Shown one piece after another: positions 1 through 8,965 of a stretch of DNA of 64,000 nucleotides (its first letter is position 1; each line of letters opens with the position of its first letter). A program made the translations under genes and the position numbers. Source of the DNA: Nitrosopumilus sp. (lineage in GTDB: Archaea > Thermoproteota > Nitrososphaeria > Nitrososphaerales > Nitrosopumilaceae); the NCBI GenBank assembly GCA_965218785.1, contig OZ244650.1, positions 1,664,001 to 1,728,000 of the forward strand. The letters run 5' to 3'. The notes beneath the pieces are model-generated. The model was not told where the DNA came from. It saw only the letters and a list, made by a program, of their open reading frames with translations, and searched no databases.

Positions 1-287
1 GTAGTCTCTTCAGATGAAGTAGTAGCTGATTCAAAAATTTCTGCTTGAACTTGTGGTTCTACTAGTTCCTCAGATTGTAAAGATTCTATCCGTGCCTGTT
101 TATCCTTTTCTTCACGAATTTCTTTTTTGATAAATTTAGTGATATATCCTGCTACTTCATTTTTCAGACATTTAGAACGTATGATAGAAACTTGATCAAG
201 AGCTTTTTTGTTATCAGCAAAATCCTCGCCAAACTTAGACTTGTGTCCATCTAGAACCTCGTATGAGAGACGTTTAATTCTGTCCAC
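1..287 (-). CDS. rps17e: 30S ribosomal protein S17e (3' end outside window)
   Basis: Manual translation from GTG at 287: MDRIKRLSYEVLDGHKSKFGEDFADNKKALDQVSIIRSKCLKNEVAGYITK, the S17e pattern (F..DF..NK; SK.L.N.VAGYIT), followed by an acidic tail; not in ORF track. Confidence 0.9.
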   Translation of the reverse strand, partial: MDRIKRLSYEVLDGHKSKFGEDFADNKKALDQVSIIRSKCLKNEVAGYITKFIKKEIREEKDKQARIESLQSEELVEPQVQAEIFESATTSSEET

Positions 288-318
288 TGATGGTTTAATG
301 GACGGGGGTATTTTATAC

Positions 319-1074
319 CTATATTCCAAGGAATGAATTTGAATTATTTTCTAGCAAGATTCCCATTTCATCAAATGTTTTTCCCAGGATTTTTGAAGCA
401 CAGAAAATCACACTAGGAATGAAGCTGATTTGTCCGGATTTCATTTCAAAACATCTAGAAAATCTAACTGGTCCGTCAGTTTCGACGAGAATTTTTGATT
501 CATCTGTTTTGGATAGCAGAACCTGCTTATCATTTGCATAAACCATTACGGGTCCATATGATACAAAAAATCCCATATCCATGGCTCTTTGAAGTTGTTT
601 CTTACTACCGTCAAACCAGTGAAGTAAGGCATGTTTGGTATTATAGGAAGTCATTATTTGAAAAATATCATCAAGGCTTTTTCTTGAATGAATAGACACT
701 GGTTTGTTAAATTTTTCCGCTAGTGACAGCAATGTTTCAAATACGCGGATTTGTGTTTTAGAATCTTCATCAGTATCAACAAAGGTCGGATCCAGTCCAA
801 TTTCCCCTATTCCAGAAAGATTATGATGATTTTCTTCAATCATGACTGTCATCTGCCCGAGTTTGTCATTTGCACGTTCGGGATGAATTCCAATAAAGGG
901 TAAAATCAGGTTACTTTGTTTTGCCAGTTGTAGAGTCTGTAAAGAATTTTCATTATCCATTGAAACACAACATGCTTTAATTTTCAGACATTCCATTCCC
1001 CTTAGGATAAATTCCATATCAGAGGAATATGCAGGATCAGACAAGTGTATGTGAGAATCAAAAAACCACGTCAT
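319..1074 (-). CDS. tatD: TatD family deoxyribonuclease
   Basis: DSHIHL, GIHP, IGEIGLD, SIHSR, LHWF and VETDGP motifs. Confidence 0.92.
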   Translation of the reverse strand: MTWFFDSHIHLSDPAYSSDMEFILRGMECLKIKACCVSMDNENSLQTLQLAKQSNLILPFIGIHPERANDKLGQMTVMIEENHHNLSGIGEIGLDPTFVDTDEDSKTQIRVFETLLSLAEKFNKPVSIHSRKSLDDIFQIMTSYNTKHALLHWFDGSKKQLQRAMDMGFFVSYGPVMVYANDKQVLLSKTDESKILVETDGPVRFSRCFEMKSGQISFIPSVIFCASKILGKTFDEMGILLENNSNSFLGI

Positions 1075-1170
1075 TTCCTTATCAGTTCTTGAAATAGTCT
1101 GTATAAATCGATCCCTTAGTGATATTTTTTCATCAGTTAACTTTTTTCGTAAAAAATGAAAATGAAACTC

Positions 1171-1392
1171 ATGAAGTCATCAGAACTGGGATTGTCTGCA
1201 ATGTATAGAATTTTGAAAAAAGCAGGCGCCGAGAGGGTTAGTGATGAATCAGCAGATGAACTAAGAAGAGTTATTGAGGAACTTGCCAACAGTATTGCTA
1301 AAAATGCGGTAGATATGGCATCTCATGCGGGCAGAAAAACTGTAAAAGGGGAAGATATAAAGCTGGCATCAAAACCATTTAATAAATTCTAA
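1171..1392 (+). CDS. archaeal histone (HMf-like)
   Basis: [12 protein letters not shown]...[12 protein letters not shown] histone fold; start may be 1156-1171. Confidence 0.93.
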   Translation: MKSSELGLSAMYRILKKAGAERVSDESADELRRVIEELANSIAKNAVDMASHAGRKTVKGEDIKLASKPFNKF

Positions 1393-1431
1393 TCTAAAGA
1401 GTTTAATTGTTCATTTTGTATTTTTTAAAAC

Positions 1432-1503
1432 GGTACTCTGGCAGAACGGTTATGCGTGAGCCTGCAAAGCTTATACAAGGGGGTTCGACTCCCTCGGGTA
1501 CCT
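1432..1503 (+). tRNA. tRNA-Cys(GCA)
   Basis: Acceptor GGTACTC/GGGTACC, anticodon arm TGAGC-CT-GCA-AA-GCTTA, T loop GGTTCGACTCC, U discriminator. Confidence 0.93.
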
Positions 1504-1949
1504 TATCCTACTATGACTTGTCCCTTCATCCAAGGATGAAGAGTACAAAAATAATCATAGGTGCCTTCTTCATTAAAATCAACGGTAAATGATTCATACG
1601 GATCCAAATGTCCGCTATCAAACAGTTCAGATGGTTCATCATAAGATCCTGATGTGACACTGTGAAATGCCGAATCTTCATTGACCCATGTCACCGGTTT
1701 TCCTCTTTCAACTATAATTTTTGACGGAACATAGCACCTGTCGTCTTTTTCACATCCGGGACGGGAGGCTTTTGTAGGCATTATGATATCGCCTTTGGGG
1801 GGTTCAACTTTGAAAATTTTTTCAACTGATTCGGACGTTGATGCCGGATCAGATTCTGGTGTTTCTTCAGAGAAGCCTGAAAAAACAAAAACTGCAGATA
1901 CAAATGCAATTAATCCAATTATGCCAATAACGGTTATTTTTTTAATCAA
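1503..1949 (-). CDS. secreted/anchored blue (type 1) copper protein, plastocyanin/azurin family
   Basis: N-terminal TM; WVNEDSAFHSVTSG and YFCTLHPWM copper ligands. Confidence 0.9.
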   Translation of the reverse strand: MIKKITVIGIIGLIAFVSAVFVFSGFSEETPESDPASTSESVEKIFKVEPPKGDIIMPTKASRPGCEKDDRCYVPSKIIVERGKPVTWVNEDSAFHSVTSGSYDEPSELFDSGHLDPYESFTVDFNEEGTYDYFCTLHPWMKGQVIVG

Positions 1950-2023
1950 TCACATCATACTCAGAACCAAGTTATTATATAATTACCAAATTCTCTAAAT
2001 ATATGACATATTAGAAAAATAAA

Positions 2024-3775
2024 TTGTCGCATAATGGAAATGGATTATTAGAGTACATACCAGGCTCACACACGCTGCTAGTGCAAAAAAGTTCCAGTCC
2101 TCCCCTAGAAGGATTTGCAGAAAATATTCAGGGGAGCATTAAGGAATATTCTGAAAATGCCTCAAATGAGGTTGAAAAAGGAAACAATTTTCTTCAATGG
2201 ATACTAACTAGAGTTTTTGAGGCAACAGAGGATGATGCAGCAGATGCGATAATTGATGGGGCAAACGATCTTGGAATTGATGCATATCTTCCAGTAGATT
2301 TCTCAGATAACACGATTAGATTATTCCAGTCAAAATATGGTACATCGCATTCATTAGAGGCGATTGCCAAATTCAAGGAAGACGCAAAAAGATTACTTGC
2401 AAAAGATGTTACAAAAATGAGGCCAGAGGTAGCTCAACTTGTAACAAAAATTAAAGAAAAAAATCTCAAGATAAAATGTTGTTATGTTACAGATCAAAAG
2501 GTAGAATATCAGGATGAATTAGTCGAGGTCATTGATGGTGAAAAGATAGTTCAGAGGTTATGGGACAGGATTAAAAAACCTGCGGCAGGCAAAAAATCAT
2601 CAATCAAACTAGAAAGAATGCTTAAACATGAAAATACCATACTGGGGATTTTAAAGCTGCGTGAACTGACTGAATTTGTAAGCAAGAACAGGGATTATGT
2701 TTTTGAATCAAATATCAGACAGTGGATGCAGTTCAAAACTACAGTCAACAAAGGACTACGTGAGACGCTTCAGACAAATCCAGATAAATTCTTCTATTAT
2801 AACAATGGAATTACGATTGTTGTTAGTGACTTTGAAGAATTAGGGGAGAATCTGATTGAACTGTGTGCTCCGCAAATTGTTAATGGTGCACAAACATCGA
2901 ATTCCATTTTAGATCATTCAAAGAGGACAAAAAACATGGAGGGTACCATGACAGTTACAATAATCAAGGCAGACGATGAGCAAGAACAAAATAACATTAC
3001 AAAGTACAGGAATTCTCAAAATTCAGTAAGAGGAAAAGATCTGGTTTCATTAATGGACTTTCATAAATCAATCAAATCACAGTTAAAAAATTGCGGTTAT
3101 TTTTATGAAATTCAAGCGGGATCTTTTGATACAAAGACAAAATCAAAACAAAGTGAATATGAAGGGGATACAACATACAATAGTTATCTTCCAGACAATC
3201 ACAAAAAAGTTATCGTCGCCAAAGATGCAATACAATCCCTGGTTGCAGGAATTGAACAAAGACCGACTGAGGCATACAGTTCGCCTGCTCAGTTTCTTCC
3301 AAGAGGAAGCAAGTACGACGAGATTTTCAATGACAATCTAAAGGATGATTACAGAATAGTGTTATATCCGTATCTTGTCAAGGAATTTGCCAAAAAATCA
3401 TTAAAGTATGGAAAACAAGGCGGACATAAAACAAAAAGGTATGCAACATTATTTTTTGTAGCAGTTTATTTTAGAATATTACACAAGAAAATTCTCGAGT
3501 CAAAGGGGGATTTCAAGAGGGACATAAGAAAGATAGAGCCTATTTTCCATAGCTTCAAACTCAATTCCAGAATTTTAAAACTAACGGATGTAATAGTAAC
3601 AAAATTTCTTGAAGATACCGTAGTTGATGATGAAATTGAATTGGCAAATACCAAACATAATTTCTTTTCTCAACACGTTTGGAATGACAGGATGTTTCGG
3701 GTAATTGACAAAAAAATCAGACAGGAAGACGAAGAGATCCTAGCGCTCAGAAAACTAGCAAGTAATTTGTTTTAG
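2024..3775 (+). CDS. AIPR family protein (abortive infection phage resistance domain) with N-terminal nuclease-like region
   Basis: DGANDLGIDA..LFQSKY N-terminus; FESNIR, FFYYNNGITIV, QIVNGAQT and NSQN AIPR motifs. Confidence 0.88.
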   Translation: MSHNGNGLLEYIPGSHTLLVQKSSSPPLEGFAENIQGSIKEYSENASNEVEKGNNFLQWILTRVFEATEDDAADAIIDGANDLGIDAYLPVDFSDNTIRLFQSKYGTSHSLEAIAKFKEDAKRLLAKDVTKMRPEVAQLVTKIKEKNLKIKCCYVTDQKVEYQDELVEVIDGEKIVQRLWDRIKKPAAGKKSSIKLERMLKHENTILGILKLRELTEFVSKNRDYVFESNIRQWMQFKTTVNKGLRETLQTNPDKFFYYNNGITIVVSDFEELGENLIELCAPQIVNGAQTSNSILDHSKRTKNMEGTMTVTIIKADDEQEQNNITKYRNSQNSVRGKDLVSLMDFHKSIKSQLKNCGYFYEIQAGSFDTKTKSKQSEYEGDTTYNSYLPDNHKKVIVAKDAIQSLVAGIEQRPTEAYSSPAQFLPRGSKYDEIFNDNLKDDYRIVLYPYLVKEFAKKSLKYGKQGGHKTKRYATLFFVAVYFRILHKKILESKGDFKRDIRKIEPIFHSFKLNSRILKLTDVIVTKFLEDTVVDDEIELANTKHNFFSQHVWNDRMFRVIDKKIRQEDEEILALRKLASNLF

Positions 3776-3783
3776 ATTCAAGA

Positions 3784-3897
3784 GGTAGTAGTCCAACCAA
3801 GTAAAAATCTTGCAGGAGGTTTACATTGGTCGGACTGTCCTACCCGAATTGGATACAAACAAGTCATATTTAACATGATTTTTTTGAATATGATTTG
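3784..3897 (+). ncRNA. candidate structured RNA (two long hairpins) downstream of AIPR
   Basis: GGTAG/CTACC, AGTCC/GGACT, ACCAA/TTGGT, GTAAA/TTTAC nested stem; second 13-bp stem 3860-3872/3885-3897 with 2 G-U pairs. Confidence 0.4.
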
Positions 3898-3935
3898 CTC
3901 CAGAATGTTTTTTATATCGAGCAAAAGGAGCAGAG

Positions 3936-4106
3936 ATGTTGAAGGTAAAAGAAAAATGTGCGATTTGTAGTGAAAAGATTGAGCTTCGTTACACCCCCAT
4001 GGATAAATGGGGAATACAGGGCTCGATCTGCGGAAAATGTTATTCAAAGAAAATTAATGAGCATTACCCCGGAGAACACATCAGAGTAAACAAACACCTG
4101 GATTAG
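3936..4106 (+). CDS. small zinc-finger protein (56 aa)
   Basis: MLKVKEKCAICSEKIELRYTPMDKWGIQGSICGKCYSKKINEHYPGEHIRVNKHLD*; TATA-like TTTTTATAT at ~3910; below ORF-track cutoff. Confidence 0.8.
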   Translation: MLKVKEKCAICSEKIELRYTPMDKWGIQGSICGKCYSKKINEHYPGEHIRVNKHLD

Positions 4107-4693
4107 GGTCGATCGGACTTTGAATATTTATTGACATAAAGACAATTCCAGACAAGCGGATCGTCTTTTACCTCTTTTTCTTCTAAAAATTTAATATTGG
4201 TAATTATTTTTTTCCTCTTAAACAAGTTTACTTGAAAACTGGCAAATTTTTTGCAGTCGCACTCGTTGTAGAGACATACATCGTCATCACCTTCATCATG
4301 ATCTATGGCCTCATGACCGCAGTTACATATGGCGTTTTTTTTAGCCTCATCAAGTGATTTTTTTGTATACACCCCCAATCGAAGGTATGCTGTCCCGTCA
4401 TGACCTTTCTTAAATCGCTCATAATTTTCAGATTTTTGTAATATTTTGAAAAAAGACAGGTTGGTGTCAGGTTTTTGGGAATCGGCGCCCATGATAAACC
4501 AGTACTTGTCACCGATTTCTACAAATCGAATTTTGATTGATGGATCTAGCCACCAATGAATAGTATCATACCAGATGGATGCAGATTCTTTTATGTCCGT
4601 AATTAACGGGACGATGTTCATTCTAAGGTCATAGTATCTATACGCGACACCCAAAAAGTCATCAAACCATGGTATTGGTGACTGTGAAGACAT
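4103..4693 (-). CDS. hypothetical protein with Cys/His metal-binding motif
   Basis: 196-aa ORF; CNCGH...H...C....C.C cluster. Confidence 0.75.
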   Translation of the reverse strand: MSSQSPIPWFDDFLGVAYRYYDLRMNIVPLITDIKESASIWYDTIHWWLDPSIKIRFVEIGDKYWFIMGADSQKPDTNLSFFKILQKSENYERFKKGHDGTAYLRLGVYTKKSLDEAKKNAICNCGHEAIDHDEGDDDVCLYNECDCKKFASFQVNLFKRKKIITNIKFLEEKEVKDDPLVWNCLYVNKYSKSDRP

Positions 4694-4777
4694 TGTTGTA
4701 AAATCAGATCAGAGCTTATTTATCTGATCTGAATTTAACGATGATACTCTTATATCCGAGTTTTATATTGGATATGT

Positions 4778-5059
4778 ATGGTTTCATACAGAACAAGTAT
4801 GCAGATTGTTGCAGATCTACTGACTGCTACTGAGCAGTCAGGACAGGAAGGAATCAAAACAACGTCTCTTCTAACAAAGGCAAATTTATCACATTCACGA
4901 TTATCAAAATTCCTAGGAAATTTGACAGGTGCGGGCCTCATCAACAAAATTGAGTTTGATGGCAAGAACACTTTTGTGATTACCACAAAAGGCAGGCAGT
5001 ACCTAGAGTCTTATGTAAAATTTGCAGGTATTGCAGAATCATTTGGATTGGAACTATAG
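4778..5059 (+). CDS. winged-helix transcriptional regulator
   Basis: YRTSMQIVADLL, ANLSHSRL, ITTKGRQYL archaeal wHTH pattern. Confidence 0.85.
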   Translation: MVSYRTSMQIVADLLTATEQSGQEGIKTTSLLTKANLSHSRLSKFLGNLTGAGLINKIEFDGKNTFVITTKGRQYLESYVKFAGIAESFGLEL

Positions 5060-5062
5060 AAA

Positions 5063-5278
5063 TTATTTTTTAGATCTTTTTCTTTTAGCATTTGCCTCTC
5101 GTCGTTCTTTTCTTTGCTGGTATGAGGTATAAAGAACGATAGCAATTATGCCTCCAATTGAACTATAAAACAATAAAATCAATGGTTCTTCCCGGATATC
5201 CCCTGTAGTTGGGGATACAAAGGATATTGGTATGCCCACGACCATGAAAATCAGGATTACTGTAAGGTATTTGTCCAC
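5063..5278 (-). CDS. small 2-TM membrane protein
   Basis: Two hydrophobic segments and a basic tail. Confidence 0.7.
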   Translation of the reverse strand: MDKYLTVILIFMVVGIPISFVSPTTGDIREEPLILLFYSSIGGIIAIVLYTSYQQRKERREANAKRKRSKK

Positions 5279-5318
5279 AAACTATGTCATTTACAAAACC
5301 ATATATCTTTTTGATTTT

Positions 5319-5528
5319 ATGAGTAATAATAGAGAAATTATGACAAAAATGCTTGAAATAGTAGGACTGGGCTTCTTGGTAGTAATGTTTGCAAGTTTTG
5401 TTGGGTTTTTGCAGCCGACAATTGATCCGGGATTATCGCCATTGTTTTGGGGATGTGCCGGGTCCACTCTAACGATCATCATATATAGAAAAATGAAAAG
5501 AAAACGAGAAGAAGAGAAAAAAGATTAA
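5319..5528 (+). CDS. small 2-TM membrane protein
   Basis: Two hydrophobic segments and a charged tail; start at 5319 or 5340. Confidence 0.6.
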   Translation: MSNNREIMTKMLEIVGLGFLVVMFASFVGFLQPTIDPGLSPLFWGCAGSTLTIIIYRKMKRKREEEKKD

Positions 5529-6071
5529 TCATTGAGAATGTGTTGTCATATGATCAAACATGGTTCGATCGACAGATCTATAAAGGAGAATTCTACGTAA
5601 AGTGTGAGGAAAGTTATGATGGAACAAACTAAACAGTGGTGGAAAGGTTTGGGAAAAGAATTAGAGATAGATATTGAAACCTTTGATGAACCAAAGCCCT
5701 AGTAATTTTCTGGACAATTTTACAAGTTTCAAACGGGATCAACTTGCGGATCTGACGCTTACAAACCGGTTTTTCTAGGGAAAAATCCTCCGGTACTGCC
5801 ACAAAATGAAAAGTACAGGCAAGGAGCAGATAGCATCAATCCCACATCTTAAAGGCAAAAGTATCAATTAACAAAGACAATGCAAGAATACCTGTCTGAT
5901 GATGATGTGGTATCCATATTCTCACAAGAGAAAACCGATCTGGTGCCAATATAGATATCTGATGATATTTTGGAAATATAAAACGGGTTCAGATTTTTAA
6001 CAGGTAGCGGATCAGGCAATTACTGATATTAGGATCAAAAATATTATTTGTATGATGAGGAATGGGTTTGT

Positions 6072-6542
6072 ATGAATGATTTAACAGAATTAATGAATCA
6101 CACCTACAATTTATGTGAAGATGGAAATTATGAAAACGCATTAGAATATTTCGAGGCCATATTAAAAAAATATCCTAAAAATATATCAGTTTTGATTGAC
6201 AAAGGAGTAACATTAGAGAATTTAGGAAGGTATGAGGAAGCAATACGGTGTTATGATGAGGCATTATCTTTAGATCCTAAGAAAATAGATGCCTGGAGGA
6301 ACAAGGGGATCTCCATGCATAACTTGGAAAAATATGAGGAAGCAATACGGTGTTATGATGAGGCATTAAAAATCGAGGGGGATTCAGTCACAGTATTGAC
6401 AGCAAAGGGCATTTCCCTTGGAGAATTAGGCCATATTGAGAAGGCATTATGGTATTTTGATAAAGCAGTAGGCATTGACAAAGAATATGATTTAGCCGCA
6501 AAGAGCAGGGAGACTGCCTTGGAATTACTAAAAAATAAATAA
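6072..6542 (+). CDS. tetratricopeptide repeat protein
   Basis: 34-aa periodic KG..L..LGRYEEAIRCYDEAL repeats. Confidence 0.9.
   Translation: MNDLTELMNHTYNLCEDGNYENALEYFEAILKKYPKNISVLIDKGVTLENLGRYEEAIRCYDEALSLDPKKIDAWRNKGISMHNLEKYEEAIRCYDEALKIEGDSVTVLTAKGISLGELGHIEKALWYFDKAVGIDKEYDLAAKSRETALELLKNK
6231..6368 (+). repeat. 36-bp perfect direct repeat at TPR periodicity
   Basis: tatgaggaagcaatacggtgttatgatgaggcatta at 6231-6266 and 6333-6368 (offset 102 bp). Confidence 0.95.
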
Positions 6543-6683
6543 ATTTTGGATTTTATCATAATTGACTTGTAGATAGATGGGGCTTGAGATTACTAGTCAA
6601 TGCAAGGCGAGTTTCTATTCAGATAAACACAGGTTTCTGAATCTGTGTTGCATACAACCCAACAAAGAGATTTTACTATTCAG

Positions 6684-6712
6684 ATAATTATCAAAAATCT
6701 AGTTTTCGTTCT
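6684..6712 (-). repeat. cassette-junction repeat copy 1 (contains the NEN-stop; ATG replaced by ACG)
   Basis: ataattatcaaaaatctagttttcgttct, 28/29 identical to 7165-7193. Confidence 0.9.
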
Positions 6713-7190
6713 TTTTCCTCAATTTGGCTTTTTTTAATATGATAATTGCAGGGATTATGAAGATTAATCCTATACCTGTAGGAATTAATGCTCCAATCAA
6801 ATTTATTCTATAATCACTTGAATGCTCAAAACTTTCAGGAGTCAGTGCGGAGAGACCATTTTGTATCCAAGGAGCACCAAAAAATATCAAAATACATGAT
6901 GCTATAATTAACATGTATTTTCTAGTCGGAATTTTTTTTATTCTTAAAATTATATTTGGTACAAGAAATATTAATGAAATAATTCCCGCCATGATTGGTC
7001 CTGCAACAAATATTGAATTAAATTGTAGAAGGAATGAAATAGCAGGGCTATTATCCGTCATAGCGTATTTACCATCTAGAGAATCCAGCTGTGATTCGAA
7101 CTCTAAATTTATTGAATAAATGATGCCAATAAAAATAATCAGAGCCAAAAAAATAGAGATTGCAATAATTATCAAAAATCTAGTTTTCAT
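6699..7190 (-). CDS. multi-pass membrane protein starting MKTRFLIII
   Basis: ATG at 7190, one base after the upstream stop; four hydrophobic segments; ends KKNEN*. Confidence 0.8.
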   Translation of the reverse strand: MKTRFLIIIAISIFLALIIFIGIIYSINLEFESQLDSLDGKYAMTDNSPAISFLLQFNSIFVAGPIMAGIISLIFLVPNIILRIKKIPTRKYMLIIASCILIFFGAPWIQNGLSALTPESFEHSSDYRINLIGALIPTGIGLIFIIPAIIILKKAKLRKKNEN

Positions 7191-7193
7191 TCT
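7165..7193 (-). repeat. cassette-junction repeat copy 2 (encodes MKTRFLII)
   Basis: ataattatcaaaaatctagttttcattct. Confidence 0.9.
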
Positions 7194-7983
7194 ATGCAAT
7201 CCACCATCCCACCGTAAAATATTTCCCATCATACTCAAACACGCTATAGGAGATTTTTTCATCTACCCATCTTTGATATGCGGGCAATTCCGCAGGTGAT
7301 ATGCCAGCACTTGAAACGTCAATATTTTCCTGTATGGTTCCAATTCTGCCAATTGCCTCTTTGAGCAGCGGCATTTTTTCCAAATCTTCATCGGTGATAG
7401 TAGCCCATATGTCGCGATTTGGATGTAGGGGACGATTCATTATTGAAGTGCTAATATCTGTCAATTCTTCCTCTTCATAGATGAGCATAGATCCATTGAA
7501 CCAGTAATATGGCACCCCGTTGTATACATAGTAGTTGCCATCAAACTCATATCTATATGCATTAGGATGTTTTTCCAATTCCTCGGCAGACACAGTGAAT
7601 GTTCTAAAAAACTCATCAGGATTTTTTGAATATTTTTCAGCCAAAATGGTTGCATAGTATCTGTGATATTCTTTTATCGTATCAACCGTAGATGCTACAT
7701 TACCGTATTCATTAAGTGGGAATTCCTTTATCACTGCCATGTCAATTAACTCCTTTAATTTGGGAACCTCTTCCAGATCTTTGTCAGTAATAGTTACAAT
7801 ATCTGCTTCTTGCACGTAACCTCCTTTGAGGAATTCTTGGAATCCGTTATCAGAAAGATAGGACAGCCCAAATCCCTCGTAGTATCTATTTGCAATACCG
7901 GACGTATAAAATAATACAGTTGTTAAAATAATGATTGCGATAATTATCAGAATTATGACTTTAATTCTAGTATTCATTTTCAA
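7192..7983 (-). CDS. signal-anchored hypothetical protein with internal duplicated domain
   Basis: N-terminal TM (MNTRIKVIILIIIAI); repeats ITDKDLEEVPKLKELI / ITDEDLEKMPLLKEAI. Confidence 0.8.
   Translation of the reverse strand: MKMNTRIKVIILIIIAIIILTTVLFYTSGIANRYYEGFGLSYLSDNGFQEFLKGGYVQEADIVTITDKDLEEVPKLKELIDMAVIKEFPLNEYGNVASTVDTIKEYHRYYATILAEKYSKNPDEFFRTFTVSAEELEKHPNAYRYEFDGNYYVYNGVPYYWFNGSMLIYEEEELTDISTSIMNRPLHPNRDIWATITDEDLEKMPLLKEAIGRIGTIQENIDVSSAGISPAELPAYQRWVDEKISYSVFEYDGKYFTVGWWIA
7935..7978 (-). repeat. degenerate cassette-junction repeat copy 3
   Basis: ttgcgataattatcagaa and tctagtattcatt match the two halves of copy 2, with a 12-nt insertion between them. Confidence 0.6.
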
Positions 7984-8407
7984 TTACTTTCAAGCCGTGC
8001 TTTAATATATAAAATTATCTTGTGTACTGGTTGTTAGCAGGTAATTTTACTGCACAGGGTGTTTTGTGAAATTACCCTAAAAATACATGATCATAAAACC
8101 ATAACTTGGTTCTGGTGCAAAAGTGATCAGATCATCAAAATCCTCAGGAACCAGAAAGATGTTCTTCATTAGATCTTGTAATGTAGTCACAAAATAATCC
8201 GTAGCATCCCTGTCTTAATCTGAATTTATGTCAGGTTGTGTGAACATGTCTGCAACACGTGAGATCACACATACACCCACTTCTTTTTACCAAGATTGAA
8301 AATATGGATTCATAATAGAACAATATGAAAAATTGTATCAAATGGGACTCTCGTGTGCGAAATAGGAATAAGATGGATAAAAAAACGGAATGAGATGTAT
8401 GCAACCA

Positions 8408-8965
8408 TCAAGATGAACGTAATAAAATAGATCTTTGTCCAAACTGTTTTAGTATCTGATTGATACTCTCCAACAAAAGGATGACTTTTGGATAGTTATC
8501 ATTAGAGATCAAGTCATTTTTAATCACACTGACATAATGTCTTTGCCGCTTTATCTGACGTGATTTTTTTGACTTTGAAGCATCCCAATTTTTCATGGCA
8601 CCCAAATTTGCAGAAATATCACACAGTTTGATTAATTTTGCATCAGTTGATGCCTCTCTGAGTTGTTTGACATATGCTTGCTCTCGCTTTTTTCTTGGTA
8701 ATGACATATCTTTTGACAGGGTTGATACCAATACTGCCACCCTACTTCCAAACTGTTCATACAAGTTATCAAAAGTAACATCAGTGTCCTCTATCGTATC
8801 ATGTAACCAACCAGTTACAAGTAATTCCTCATCTATTACTCCAAGACTTTTGAGCCTATTTACCACGTCTTCAAGGTGCTTCGAATGAGAAGTGATGCCA
8901 TCCTTTCTCATCATTCCAGAATGCTTCTTTTTTGCCAATAATTCAGCAGATTTTACTAATTCCAT
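8408..8965 (-). CDS. HD-domain hydrolase, RelA/SpoT hydrolase (Mesh1/SAH)-like
   Basis: RKDG..H..H, WLHDTIEDT and IKLCD..ANL motifs. Confidence 0.85.
   Translation of the reverse strand: MELVKSAELLAKKKHSGMMRKDGITSHSKHLEDVVNRLKSLGVIDEELLVTGWLHDTIEDTDVTFDNLYEQFGSRVAVLVSTLSKDMSLPRKKREQAYVKQLREASTDAKLIKLCDISANLGAMKNWDASKSKKSRQIKRQRHYVSVIKNDLISNDNYPKVILLLESINQILKQFGQRSILLRSS

Noticed and set aside
3905-3952. Possible third hairpin after the AIPR-linked stems
   Set aside because: Overlaps the TATA box and start of the 56-aa Zn-finger ORF; pairing is weak and AT-rich
5899-5962. Possible C/D box sRNA (ATGATGA...CTGA)
   Set aside because: No convincing D'/C' boxes or terminal stem; reads better as decayed coding sequence
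6615-6687. 12-bp direct repeat ctattcagataa, 49 bp apart
   Set aside because: Short and AT-rich with only two copies; may be a deletion scar next to the cassette repeat but cannot be supported alone
7191-7262. ORF-track N-terminal extension of 6699..7262
   Set aside because: Overlaps the upstream gene; the ATG at 7190 within the junction repeat is the better start
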